This document shows positions 31,580 through 40,963 of a DNA stretch of 64,000 nucleotides, one piece after another (the stretch's first letter is position 1; each line of letters opens with the position of its first letter). A program made the translations under genes and the position numbers. The notes under the pieces are model-generated. The model saw only the letters and a program-made list of their open reading frames with translations, was not told the DNA's origin and made no database searches. This DNA is from an uncultured Clostridia bacterium (GTDB lineage Bacteria > Bacillota > Clostridia > TANB77 > CAG-508). Location of the stretch: NCBI GenBank assembly GCA_944386175.1, contig CALXAB010000001.1, positions 47,645 to 111,644 on the forward strand, read 5' to 3'.

Positions 31580-32215
31580 TTATTTATTATTTTGTTTTTC
31601 TATTAAATCAATTAAATTTAAAATTTCTTCCTTCTTATACTTAAATTTAGTCTTATTACAAATTAATCTTGTACTTACATCTGCTATTTTCTCTATAACT
31701 TCTAAGCCATTCGCTTTCAATGTTGCTCCTGTTTCTACTATATCTACTATTGCATCTGTTAATCCAACTACTGGTCCTAATTCAACTGACCCTTCAAGTT
31801 TTATTATTTCAACATCTTCATCTTTACTTTCAAAATAGTTTTTAGCAACACTAGGATATTTTGTTGCTATCCTTTTTCTTCTATTTAATTTTAGATTTTT
31901 ATATTCAGGATAACTACAGACTGCAAATGAGCATTTTCCTATTTCCAAATCTAGTAATTCATAATAATTTTTAAAAGAATTTTCCAGTAATGTATCACTA
32001 CCTACAATTCCTATATCAACAATACCATGTTCAATAAAGGTAACTACATCGTTTGACTTTGCAAATATTATTATCATTTTATCTTCTACGTTTATTTGTA
32101 ATTCTCTTTTTTTATTTATCATAGATTCTACATTATATCCTAATTTTTCTAACATTTCTGTCATCTTTTTTTCTATTCTACCCTTTGTTAAGGCTATCTT
32201 TAACATTTTGTTCAC
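31580..32215 (-). CDS. hisG: ATP phosphoribosyltransferase, short form
   Basis: [10 protein letters not shown]... matches HisG. The likely start is at 32206. Lies immediately downstream of hisZ. Confidence 0.8.
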   Translation of the reverse strand: MNKMLKIALTKGRIEKKMTEMLEKLGYNVESMINKKRELQINVEDKMIIIFAKSNDVVTFIEHGIVDIGIVGSDTLLENSFKNYYELLDLEIGKCSFAVCSYPEYKNLKLNRRKRIATKYPSVAKNYFESKDEDVEIIKLEGSVELGPVVGLTDAIVDIVETGATLKANGLEVIEKIADVSTRLICNKTKFKYKKEEILNLIDLIEKQNNK

Positions 32216-33176
32216 CTGCTCTTTCTACTGCTTTTAATATATTATCCATATAATAAGCCATTCCTATGGCTGGTACATCCTTTCCGAAATTGTTATATAA
32301 TTTGTCATATCTTCCACCACTTATTATAGGTTCTTCTACAAATTTACTATATACTTTAAATATAATTCCTGTATAATATTCCATATTAGGAACACAAGCC
32401 AAATCAAACAAATCTTGTTGTTTCATATTCATGGTTTCATACAATTCTTTCAATTCTATTAGACTATTCTTTAATTCATTATCTCTTAATTTTTCTATGG
32501 TTCTTACTAATATTTCTATATTTCCATTAAGTCTTGGTAAAGATATTAAAAAATTGCTTATATTTTTATCTATATTATATTTATCACAAAATTTTTTTAA
32601 TCCACTTATATTTTTTTGTAGTAATAGCTGCGAAAACTCTTTCTTTTTTTCAGATCCAACTATTTGGCATAATCTATTATAAAAACTAGCTGAACCAAGT
32701 TCTATCTTTAAATCCTTTAATCCAAAAAGTGGTAAAGATTTTTGTAATAATGATATACACTCTACATCTCCTTCTATTGCTTTTTTTCCAATTAATTCTA
32801 TCCCTACTTGGTATATTTCGCTATTCTTTCCTTTATGTTCCTTTTCTTTTCTATATACTTTTCCAAAATAGCAATACCTTTTTATTTCATCTTTTTTTTG
32901 TGATACATAGTATCTAGCTATTGGAACTGTAAAATCCCATCTTAAAGCAACATCTTTTCCTTCTTTATTTATATATTTGAATAAAGTACTCTCATCTAAA
33001 TTCTTATATACACTTTTATATAATTCCACATATTCAAATGTTGGCATCAGCATTTCTATATATTTTTCATCATAGAATATCTTTCTCAATTTACTTTCAA
33101 AATTTCTTAATTTATTAACATTCTCAGTAATTACCCCACTACTTTCTTCTGGTATTGAAAATTTGTATAATTCCAT
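32178..33176 (-). CDS. hisZ: ATP phosphoribosyltransferase regulatory subunit (HisS paralog lacking the anticodon domain)
   Basis: HisS-like catalytic core at about 330 aa. GGRYDKL motif. Adjacent to hisG. Confidence 0.75.
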   Translation of the reverse strand: MELYKFSIPEESSGVITENVNKLRNFESKLRKIFYDEKYIEMLMPTFEYVELYKSVYKNLDESTLFKYINKEGKDVALRWDFTVPIARYYVSQKKDEIKRYCYFGKVYRKEKEHKGKNSEIYQVGIELIGKKAIEGDVECISLLQKSLPLFGLKDLKIELGSASFYNRLCQIVGSEKKKEFSQLLLQKNISGLKKFCDKYNIDKNISNFLISLPRLNGNIEILVRTIEKLRDNELKNSLIELKELYETMNMKQQDLFDLACVPNMEYYTGIIFKVYSKFVEEPIISGGRYDKLYNNFGKDVPAIGMAYYMDNILKAVERAGEQNVKDSLNKG

Positions 33177-33482
33177 AAAAATTCTCCTTTCACATTAAAA
33201 AGCTATATAGTTAAATAATATCTTTCTATGAATATTATCTACCTATATAGCTTTATATTTTTATATAGGCACATCAAAATCGACTTGTGCCTATACATTA
33301 TATTAGACACAAGTTTAAAAATGATGATGCACTTTATTTATATTTTTAGTTATATTCTTCATTTTTATTCCTCTTTTTTCTTATTTTTAATTATAATACA
33401 TTATTTTTTTATATATGTCAAGTACAAAATTCATTTTTTTTAACATGCTATAACCAATTATGATTATAGCATGCTTTAGATT

Positions 33483-33767
33483 TTACTTAGAGAAAGATAT
33501 AATTGCATAATGTCGCTTTGCATCAATTTGATAATAAGAATGCCCCCTAATATTAATTGGCTTTTCTATTGTTTTAATAGAAATTTTCAGCCCATTACCA
33601 TTTGCCCAGCTTGTTAGTTCTCTTTCCATAGCAACATCTACATCCCTTTTTTCTTTTTCAATCTGAACTTTCTTGAAAAATACTAATGCTACTTTTACTT
33701 TGAACTTAATCCATTCCGTATCAAACCGTGACCTTTCTCTTCTTTTTCTACTTTCAAATTTTGACAT
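33483..33767 (-). CDS. Hypothetical protein (94 aa)
   Basis: ORF only. Confidence 0.35.
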   Translation of the reverse strand: MSKFESRKRRERSRFDTEWIKFKVKVALVFFKKVQIEKEKRDVDVAMERELTSWANGNGLKISIKTIEKPINIRGHSYYQIDAKRHYAIISFSK

Positions 33768-33873
33768 ATAGATTTACCTCCTACTATTTATTTTATTTAT
33801 TTTATCACATACACTTATATTTTTCAATTAAAATTTTAGGAAGCCATGCATTATACACAGCTCCCTATGATTT

Positions 33874-35205
33874 TCAGTCCTTATTATTAGTTTCGATAAA
33901 TTGCATAATCCCTTCATAGTCAAAGATACCGAACTCTCGATTGTTTCCAGTTTCCATATCCTTGACTTGGATTTTTTGCTGTTTGATTTCATCTTCCCCA
34001 ATAATAATAACGTAAGGAATGTTCATTTTGTTGGCATAATTCATACTTTTTTTCAGTTTCTGAGTCTTTTTTTCCATTTCTGTTTTGATTCCAACTTCAC
34101 GCATTTTAGTAACAAACTTAAATGTCTGTTCTTCTGTTCCCATTGGAATCACAAACAAATCAACGGTAGAAAACTTTTTGTCAGAATTCTTTAAGACTAA
34201 AATTTCATATATAACATCTAATCCAAAAGACATTCCAACTGCTGGATATTCATTTCCATCATCAATGAATGTTGTAATAATTTTATCGTATCTGCCTCCT
34301 CCTCCTATGCTCATGTTGAAATCTTGTACACCAACTTTTCTGTCTTTCAGGAAAATCTCCCAAACTGTACCAGTATATATATCAATCCCTCTTGCCAAAT
34401 AAGGAGCAAATTTCATGCATTTTTCGGCCTCTGTTCCTGACAGATAATCATATAATGCATCAATTTCTTTTATCCCTTCGGCAATCATTTCATTATCATA
34501 TACTGATAATAATCTTTTTAATGTTACATAATCAGAGTTTAGAACATTTTTCAATGCCTCCACTTTATTGGCATCAATACCAATAGCTGCAAACTCTTCA
34601 AATAATTCTTCCTCTGTGAGTTTGGCAAACTTATCAATCAACATGATTGATTTTCTTAATATTTCTTCCGAAACATCACCAAAAATAGAGAAGATGATAC
34701 CACTCAATAGCTTTCTGTTGTTGAATTCTATTTCAATGTCAAGTCCTAGCTCTTTATATGCTTCGCTTGTCATTGTCATGTATTCTGCTTCTGCTAAAAC
34801 ACTTTTAACTCCAACAACATCAACATCGCATTGGGTAAATTCTCTGTTTCTACCTACCTTAACTGGACCATCTCTAAAAACTTTTCCAATCTCATACCGT
34901 TTAAAGGGTAAGGTAACTCCTTTATTTGAACTAATCAATTTAGAAAAAGTGATTGTCAAATCATACCTTAAACCCAGTTTTCTTTTTCCTTGATCACTCA
35001 ATTTGTACATCTCGTTCAGAATATCTGCACCTTCTGAATATTTAGATGCCAATAAGTCATACATACAAAGAATTGGTGTTTCGACTGGTGAAAATCCGTA
35101 CTTTACAAAGATGCTTTGCAATACACTTTTGATTTTTTCCCGGATAATTTGTTTTTCCGGCAAATAATCATAAGTCCCCTTTAAGTTTTCAAAATTTCTG
35201 CTCAT
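33874..35205 (-). CDS. hisS: Histidine--tRNA ligase (paralog 2, full length)
   Basis: REFTQCDVDVVG and GGGGRYDKI motifs plus a C-terminal anticodon-binding domain. Confidence 0.8.
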   Translation of the reverse strand: MSRNFENLKGTYDYLPEKQIIREKIKSVLQSIFVKYGFSPVETPILCMYDLLASKYSEGADILNEMYKLSDQGKRKLGLRYDLTITFSKLISSNKGVTLPFKRYEIGKVFRDGPVKVGRNREFTQCDVDVVGVKSVLAEAEYMTMTSEAYKELGLDIEIEFNNRKLLSGIIFSIFGDVSEEILRKSIMLIDKFAKLTEEELFEEFAAIGIDANKVEALKNVLNSDYVTLKRLLSVYDNEMIAEGIKEIDALYDYLSGTEAEKCMKFAPYLARGIDIYTGTVWEIFLKDRKVGVQDFNMSIGGGGRYDKIITTFIDDGNEYPAVGMSFGLDVIYEILVLKNSDKKFSTVDLFVIPMGTEEQTFKFVTKMREVGIKTEMEKKTQKLKKSMNYANKMNIPYVIIIGEDEIKQQKIQVKDMETGNNREFGIFDYEGIMQFIETNNKD

Positions 35206-35450
35206 AAAATTACTCCTTTCTGAAAATCATGGAAAATCATACTTTTAATTTTCCTTAGTCTATATGAACATTCTTCGCAATTATTATACTGTATTTTACT
35301 AAATTTGTCAATTATTTACATAATTTTTTCACCTAAAAAAGCACATTATATCAATACTTTTGATACAATATGCTTTAATAATTTTAATATAAATTATTAT
35401 TTTATATTTAATTATTTATATAGTATTTATAATTTTTATATGTTACATTA

Positions 35451-36125
35451 TTAAAATTCCCTTATATCATATCTAAAATATAGTCCATCCATTTTTATTT
35501 TATGAAAATCTTTTATTATATTTTCTTTGACTTTATTAAAATCTTTTCCTACTCTTCTTAATGCAAATACTCTACCTCCTGAAGGATATAGTATATTATT
35601 TTTTGATATTATATGTTCCCCTATAATATCTGTTGTATTTTTTACTTTGTTCATACCTAAAATTGGTTCATCAAAACTACTTCTTTCTACTTCTGGATAT
35701 CCTGCTGAAAATCCATACATTGCTATAGAAAAGCAGTCTTTTTTCCAACAATTATTTATCTTTTCTACATCTTCATAAAAGAAATTTATTATATCTATAA
35801 AAGGTTTATTCAGTAACCCTAATAAAGCTAACCACTCTGGATTACCTGTTCTTGTATTATATTCTAATACATATACTTTTTTATCTTCGGTAACCATTAT
35901 TCCTATATATAAAATATAGTTATATTCCATATTTTCTTTTTTCATACCTCTTATAGTTGGTTCTATTATATCTTTTTTTAATTGTTCTTCTTTTTCTGTG
36001 CTAACTCTTGCATAAGCACATACTCTTAAATTACCTTTTATAACTTCTCCTGTTGTTCTATTAATTCTTCCTTTTTTCTTCTCTATTACTTGTACTTTCA
36101 AATTTAACCTCTCTTTCTCAAGCAT
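35451..36125 (-). pseudogene. purD: Chimeric ORF: the first 46 codons of a large serine recombinase fused in frame to the 3' about 177 codons of phosphoribosylamine--glycine ligase (purD)
   Basis: Residues 1-46 (and the upstream DNA) are near-identical to the start of the recombinase at 48681-50573 up to ...ARVSTEKEEQ. From about 35983 downstream the product (IIEPTIRGM...VLEYNTRTGNPE...PSGGRVF) is the PurD C-terminal half. No purD 5' half is in the window. Confidence 0.7.
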
Positions 36126-36168
36126 AGAGAATCTTTATGTTTGTATTATATACTAAAATTTTATATTT

Positions 36169-36354
36169 TTAAATACCTATGTGGATTAAATTATATTCTT
36201 TTAAAATATTTTGTTTTAGTTCTAAATATCTTTTCTCTTTAATTAATCCTGCATTATATGTTTTATTTAGAATTGCTATTTTAATGCTACAATTAAAAAT
36301 ATTTTCATTTAGTTTTACATTTTTCGTATTATCAAATTTTACTTCGTACAACAT
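36169..36354 (-). CDS. SHOCT-like small protein (61 aa), partner of the recombinase
   Basis: GLIKEKRYLELKQNILKEY resembles the SHOCT motif. Near-identical to 50617-50802. Always sits immediately upstream of a recombinase gene. Confidence 0.5.
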   Translation of the reverse strand: MLYEVKFDNTKNVKLNENIFNCSIKIAILNKTYNAGLIKEKRYLELKQNILKEYNLIHIGI

Positions 36355-36519
36355 AAAAATCCTCCTCTGCTTGAATTAAATTTCAAAAAAGAGCGACAAA
36401 AAAGCCAGCCGGCTAGCTAGACTGACTTCTTTGTCTTACATTTTTTGATAATACAATTATATTATGCTGTTCTATAAAGTTCAATTCCCGTTTTTTTCCC
36501 TTTTTTCTATTTTAATTGA

Positions 36520-36890
36520 TAAAGCGTTGACTTTTTAGTTAGTACACTAAGTAAACTTGTGTAAAAATTTTTTTAATTATTTTTTACTTTATTATTTTTG
36601 AGTTCACTTAGTGTACTTTTTGTTTTGTATTTAAAAACCTTAGTTCACTTAGTGAATAAAAAACTAACTTTCAAGTACACTTGGTGAACTTTTTCTTAAA
36701 AATCACTTATTTTTCGTTCATTTAGTGAACTTTTGCACTCTCAAAGGCATTTTTTAGCTGTTCATTCGGTGAATTTCCGCATCAAATTTGCTTAAAATTT
36801 TTGTTCTTTTGTTAACTCTTGAAGGCTTGTCCTTCAATGTGTATAGGCGATGTGTGCACACTCGCTTTCCTGCCTTTAGTATTGTTTTTT
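36520..36890. repeat. Repeat locus B: six GTTCAC-N3-GTGAAC-like palindromes plus the T element
   Basis: Palindromes at 36541-55, 36601-15, 36642-56, 36674-88, 36715-29 and 36759-73. T element at about 36789-36878 with stem 36828-34/36840-46. Confidence 0.85.
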
Positions 36891-36891
36891 A

Positions 36892-38670
36892 TCATATATT
36901 AATTACTTTTTGTTGACTCATATATAATTTATAATAATTTCCTTTTATGCTCATTAATTCTTCATGAGTTCCATATTCTACTATTTCTTTATCTTTAATA
37001 AAAAATATTCTGTCACTATCCACTATTGTAGATAATCTATGAGCAATCGTTATTACAGTTTTATTTTTAACCATTTCTTTTGTTAGATTTTGTAGCATTT
37101 TTTCTGTTTTTACATCAATCTTACTTGTTGCTTCATCGAAGATTAATATTTTAGGGTTATTAATAATTGTTCTTATATAGCATAATACCTGTTTTTCTCC
37201 ATCTGATAGATTTTTTCCATTACTACTTAATTTTGTATTGTATCCATCTTCTAAACTCATTATCCAATTATGTACATTCAATCTTTTACATATTTCTATT
37301 ACTTTATCATCAGTTATATTTTCATTTCCATATTTTAAATTTTTCATAATGCTTGTACTAAATAAGTAATTTTCTTGTTGCATAATAGCTATCTGTTTTC
37401 TAAGTCTATTTAGTTTTATATTTCTAACATCTTCTCCATCAATAAAAATATTTCCTGAATCTATATCATAAAATCTTCCAATTAGATTTGTAATAGTGGT
37501 TTTTCCACTTCCTGTACTACCTACAATAGCTACTTTTTCTTGCGGTTTTACTTTAAAAGATATATTATTTAAAACTTTATTATTTTCTATATAAGAAAAA
37601 CTAACATTTTTAAATTCTATTTCACCTTTTATTTTGATGTCTTTAGCATCTATTTTATCTTTTATATCTATTTTTTCATCCATTGTTTCAAATATTCTCT
37701 CTAAATATGTAATTGAATTAATAAAATCATCTAATGTTTTAAATAAGTCTTCTATAGGTTGCCAAAAGTTAGATGAATAACTTCCCATAGCAACAATAGT
37801 TCCAACTGATGTAGTTGGATATAAAAACATCGCTCCTACAAAATATATTGTTGCAGTTACCCAATGTGACATTGTTTGTACACTACACCATCCAATATTG
37901 CCAAATTTTATTTGTTTGCAACTTGCATCTTTCCAACTTCTACTTAAATCATTAAATATATCTTCATTCTTTTCTTCTCTATTAAATGCTTGGGTTATTT
38001 GCATTCCTTTTAATGTTTCTAATAGATATGCATTAGTATTAGAATTTTTATTATTAATTAGTAATTTATTTTTTCTCTTTATCTTAGCTGTTGAAGCAAA
38101 TATAAAAATAAGTATTACTATTCCAACTAATGCGATTAATGTTAGTTTCACACTTGTTAAAAACATAAATATCAGAATAATAAGCATATTAAATATGTTT
38201 AAAAATGTTGTTACTAATTTATCTGTAATTAGAGTAGAAACATCTTCTGCATATTCTGTTAGTCTAACTAGTATTTTTCCATGAGGTCTTGTGTCGTAAT
38301 AATTAACTGATAAATACTGAATATGTGAAAACAAATCATTTTTTATATCTTCTACAATATTTTGATTTACTTTAGCCAACATTTTTTTATACACTTTAGT
38401 TACAATAATAGACAATAATACTAAAAATAATGCTAATAATATTATGATAAACAATTTTTCATAATCGCTATTAGGAATAACATCATCGATTACATATTGT
38501 AGTATTTTAGTGATAAATAAAGTAGCTATAATAGATATACAATTTAAAATAAATATAATAATCAATTTTGATTTATATTTTTTTATGTATGTTAAACCTC
38601 TTTTATAATTAGAAAGACTGAATGAAGTATTTTTTTCATCTTGGTCATATTTGTTTACACTCATATACAT
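36892..38670 (-). CDS. ABC transporter, fused permease/ATP-binding protein (type I exporter)
   Basis: Six-TM N-terminal domain. Walker A GSTGSGKTT. Signature LSDGEKQ. Confidence 0.85.
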   Translation of the reverse strand: MYMSVNKYDQDEKNTSFSLSNYKRGLTYIKKYKSKLIIIFILNCISIIATLFITKILQYVIDDVIPNSDYEKLFIIILLALFLVLLSIIVTKVYKKMLAKVNQNIVEDIKNDLFSHIQYLSVNYYDTRPHGKILVRLTEYAEDVSTLITDKLVTTFLNIFNMLIILIFMFLTSVKLTLIALVGIVILIFIFASTAKIKRKNKLLINNKNSNTNAYLLETLKGMQITQAFNREEKNEDIFNDLSRSWKDASCKQIKFGNIGWCSVQTMSHWVTATIYFVGAMFLYPTTSVGTIVAMGSYSSNFWQPIEDLFKTLDDFINSITYLERIFETMDEKIDIKDKIDAKDIKIKGEIEFKNVSFSYIENNKVLNNISFKVKPQEKVAIVGSTGSGKTTITNLIGRFYDIDSGNIFIDGEDVRNIKLNRLRKQIAIMQQENYLFSTSIMKNLKYGNENITDDKVIEICKRLNVHNWIMSLEDGYNTKLSSNGKNLSDGEKQVLCYIRTIINNPKILIFDEATSKIDVKTEKMLQNLTKEMVKNKTVITIAHRLSTIVDSDRIFFIKDKEIVEYGTHEELMSIKGNYYKLYMSQQKVINI

Positions 38671-40379
38671 TCCTCCATATTATTTACTTGAATATCATAA
38701 ATTTCTTTATATTCTCCATTCTTATTCAATAATTCTTCATGTGAACCACTCTCTATGATTTCTCCGTTTTTCATTACAAATATGACATCAGCATTTTTTA
38801 CAGAAAGAATTTTTTGTGCAATTATAATTTTTGTACATCTATATTTCAAATTATTAATATTTTCAGTAACTTCTAATTCAGTTTCAAAATCTAGTGCGGA
38901 AGTTATATCATCTAATATTAATATACTAGGTCTCTTAGCTAATGCTCTTGCCAAAGATAAACGCTGTTTTTCACCTCCTGATAAACTCACTCCATTTTCT
39001 CCTATTATTGTATTAATATCCTCTGGTAAATCAAATACATAATCAGCTTTAGCCAATTTTAAACATTTTTTTATTTCTTCTTCTTTTAAATCTTCATTTC
39101 CAAAACTAACATTATTGGAAATAGTATCAGAAAACAGAAAAGGAGTTTGAGAAACATAACCGATATTTTTTCTTAATGATTTTAATGTATATGTATTTAT
39201 TAAATTATCGTCTATTTCTATCTTTCCACTTGAACATTCTATCAGTCTTAACATCAGTTTTCCAATAGTAGATTTTCCACTCCCTATTTCTCCAATAAAT
39301 GCATAAGTCTTATTGGGCTTTAAATCTAAATTAATATTTTTTATAACTTTCCTATTATTAAGTTTGACATTAACCCCTTTAAAAATAATATTTTCCCAAT
39401 TATTTAATATTAAACTTCCTTTATCTTTTATTTTAGGTTCAGTTTCTAATAATTTTCTTACTTTTGATACAGATACTCTAAATTGTTGCCATTCATTTAT
39501 AAAACCACTTAATTCTATAAACGGTTTTCTTATAGTGCCTATAAAAGAATTAATAATAATAAATTGTCCCATTGTCGTGTAACCTTTTATAACAAATATT
39601 CCCCCAAATAAAGTTAATAATATTTGCATACAATATGATAAAAATGTGACTATATTGTCATAAGAGATATTCATATTTTGTATTTCTAAATTCTTATTTT
39701 TCAAATTTCTATTCTTTACTTTAAAGTTATCTATTTCTTTTTGTTCTGTTGCAAATGTTTTGATTAATCTATTTCCTTCTATATTTTCTTGTATATAATT
39801 ATTTAGGTTTGACAAACTTTCTCTTTGATCTTTATATAATTCCTTTGATTTTTTTATATGTTTTTTAGATATAACTGCAATTATAGGAGTAGGTATTAAA
39901 ATAATTAGTGTTAAAATTGGGTTTATATATAGGCAGTAAATTGTAGTTAAAATACTAGTAGTTAACATGCTTATAGATTGTTTTATCACAAAACACATAT
40001 TATGATGAATAATGCTATTATCTGTTGTTAAAAGCGTGCTTATTTCTCCCAAAGTTTTTTCTTCGTAAAAATCTTGATTTAATTCATTCAATTTTTTATA
40101 ACATTCAACTTTTAACTTATGTGCTAAATTAAATCTAACATGATCCATTATTAATATTCCAAAATAAGTTATCAGCCTACCTATAAAATACATACTAATA
40201 GATATAATAAAAAGGTATGGAATAATAGAAAAATTACTCTCATATATACCTTTATCTATTATTTCTCCTAATAGTATAACTGGTAATATTTTAGAAATTC
40301 CTCCACCTAATATTATCATTAAATTTGAAATCCAATATCTAAAATTATATTCTTTAATAAATTTTAATACCCATCTCAT
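38661..40379 (-). CDS. ABC transporter, fused permease/ATP-binding protein (partner half-transporter)
   Basis: GEIGSGKST, LSGGEKQR and ILILDD motifs. Overlaps the downstream partner gene. Confidence 0.85.
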   Translation of the reverse strand: MRWVLKFIKEYNFRYWISNLMIILGGGISKILPVILLGEIIDKGIYESNFSIIPYLFIISISMYFIGRLITYFGILIMDHVRFNLAHKLKVECYKKLNELNQDFYEEKTLGEISTLLTTDNSIIHHNMCFVIKQSISMLTTSILTTIYCLYINPILTLIILIPTPIIAVISKKHIKKSKELYKDQRESLSNLNNYIQENIEGNRLIKTFATEQKEIDNFKVKNRNLKNKNLEIQNMNISYDNIVTFLSYCMQILLTLFGGIFVIKGYTTMGQFIIINSFIGTIRKPFIELSGFINEWQQFRVSVSKVRKLLETEPKIKDKGSLILNNWENIIFKGVNVKLNNRKVIKNINLDLKPNKTYAFIGEIGSGKSTIGKLMLRLIECSSGKIEIDDNLINTYTLKSLRKNIGYVSQTPFLFSDTISNNVSFGNEDLKEEEIKKCLKLAKADYVFDLPEDINTIIGENGVSLSGGEKQRLSLARALAKRPSILILDDITSALDFETELEVTENINNLKYRCTKIIIAQKILSVKNADVIFVMKNGEIIESGSHEELLNKNGEYKEIYDIQVNNMEECI

Positions 40380-40960
40380 TTATATTTTTTCTCCAATATT
40401 TATTATATTTTTATATTACTTTTCATATTCTATCATAATTTTATTTCTTTCTCAATAAAATTATAAAGTTTCAAAATATATTTATCCTTACATTTGCTTA
40501 ATTATGAAAAAATCCGCAATAGAAATAATGTCAAGAGCGAGTGATAATGAGTTTATTTACTCTTGATATTATTTTTATTGCAGATTAAATTTACCCTGCA
40601 AATGTATGAGGCAAAAAATAAGTATCAGTACATATCTACCGACACTTAAATTTATAAAGATTCTCTATTACTTATTTCATAAATTCTTTCTAGCAATTGA
40701 AATAACTGATAATTTTACATATCTACAATTAAACACAACCTATATATGTCATGCTTATCATAGACACAATCTCAAATTCCCTAGTATTTCAAACACTTCT
40801 ATCAATTTTCTAAAATTTAATTTATGTGTTTCCACTTACCACATCTGCAACTACTTTAACTTTCACATCTGAATTTTGATGTTTTTCTCTTCCATATCTT
40901 CCTTTTTTCTCGAAAGTTATAATCTCTGAAAACATATCAAATTCAAGTATTACCTGTCCT
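40380..40960. other. Conserved non-coding E region downstream of recombinase 2. It holds a 26-bp imperfect inverted repeat with a 23-nt spacer (40512-40585) and about 400 bp that are about 90% identical to 58140-58560
   Basis: Direct comparison of the two stretches in the window. The only ORF here (40606-40872, plus strand) is not conserved in the second copy. Confidence 0.7.
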
Positions 40961-40963
40961 GTT

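Noticed and set aside
33177-33482. T-box or his-attenuator leader upstream of hisZ and of hisS paralog 2 (35206-35450)
   Set aside because: Hairpins are present, but I see no T-box sequence (AATTAGGGTGGNACCGCG) and no His-codon-rich leader peptide.
36520-36890. Palindrome arrays interpreted as a CRISPR array or as LexA (Cheo) boxes
   Set aside because: The repeats are degenerate and irregularly spaced, with no cas genes or leader. The Cheo box is GAAC-N4-GTTC, whereas this motif is GTTCAC-N3-GTGAAC, with the opposite half-site orientation.
40606-40872. 88-aa plus-strand ORF inside the conserved E region
   Set aside because: It is interrupted by a stop in the homologous copy at 58.2 kb, so the conservation is at the DNA level and not in coding sequence.
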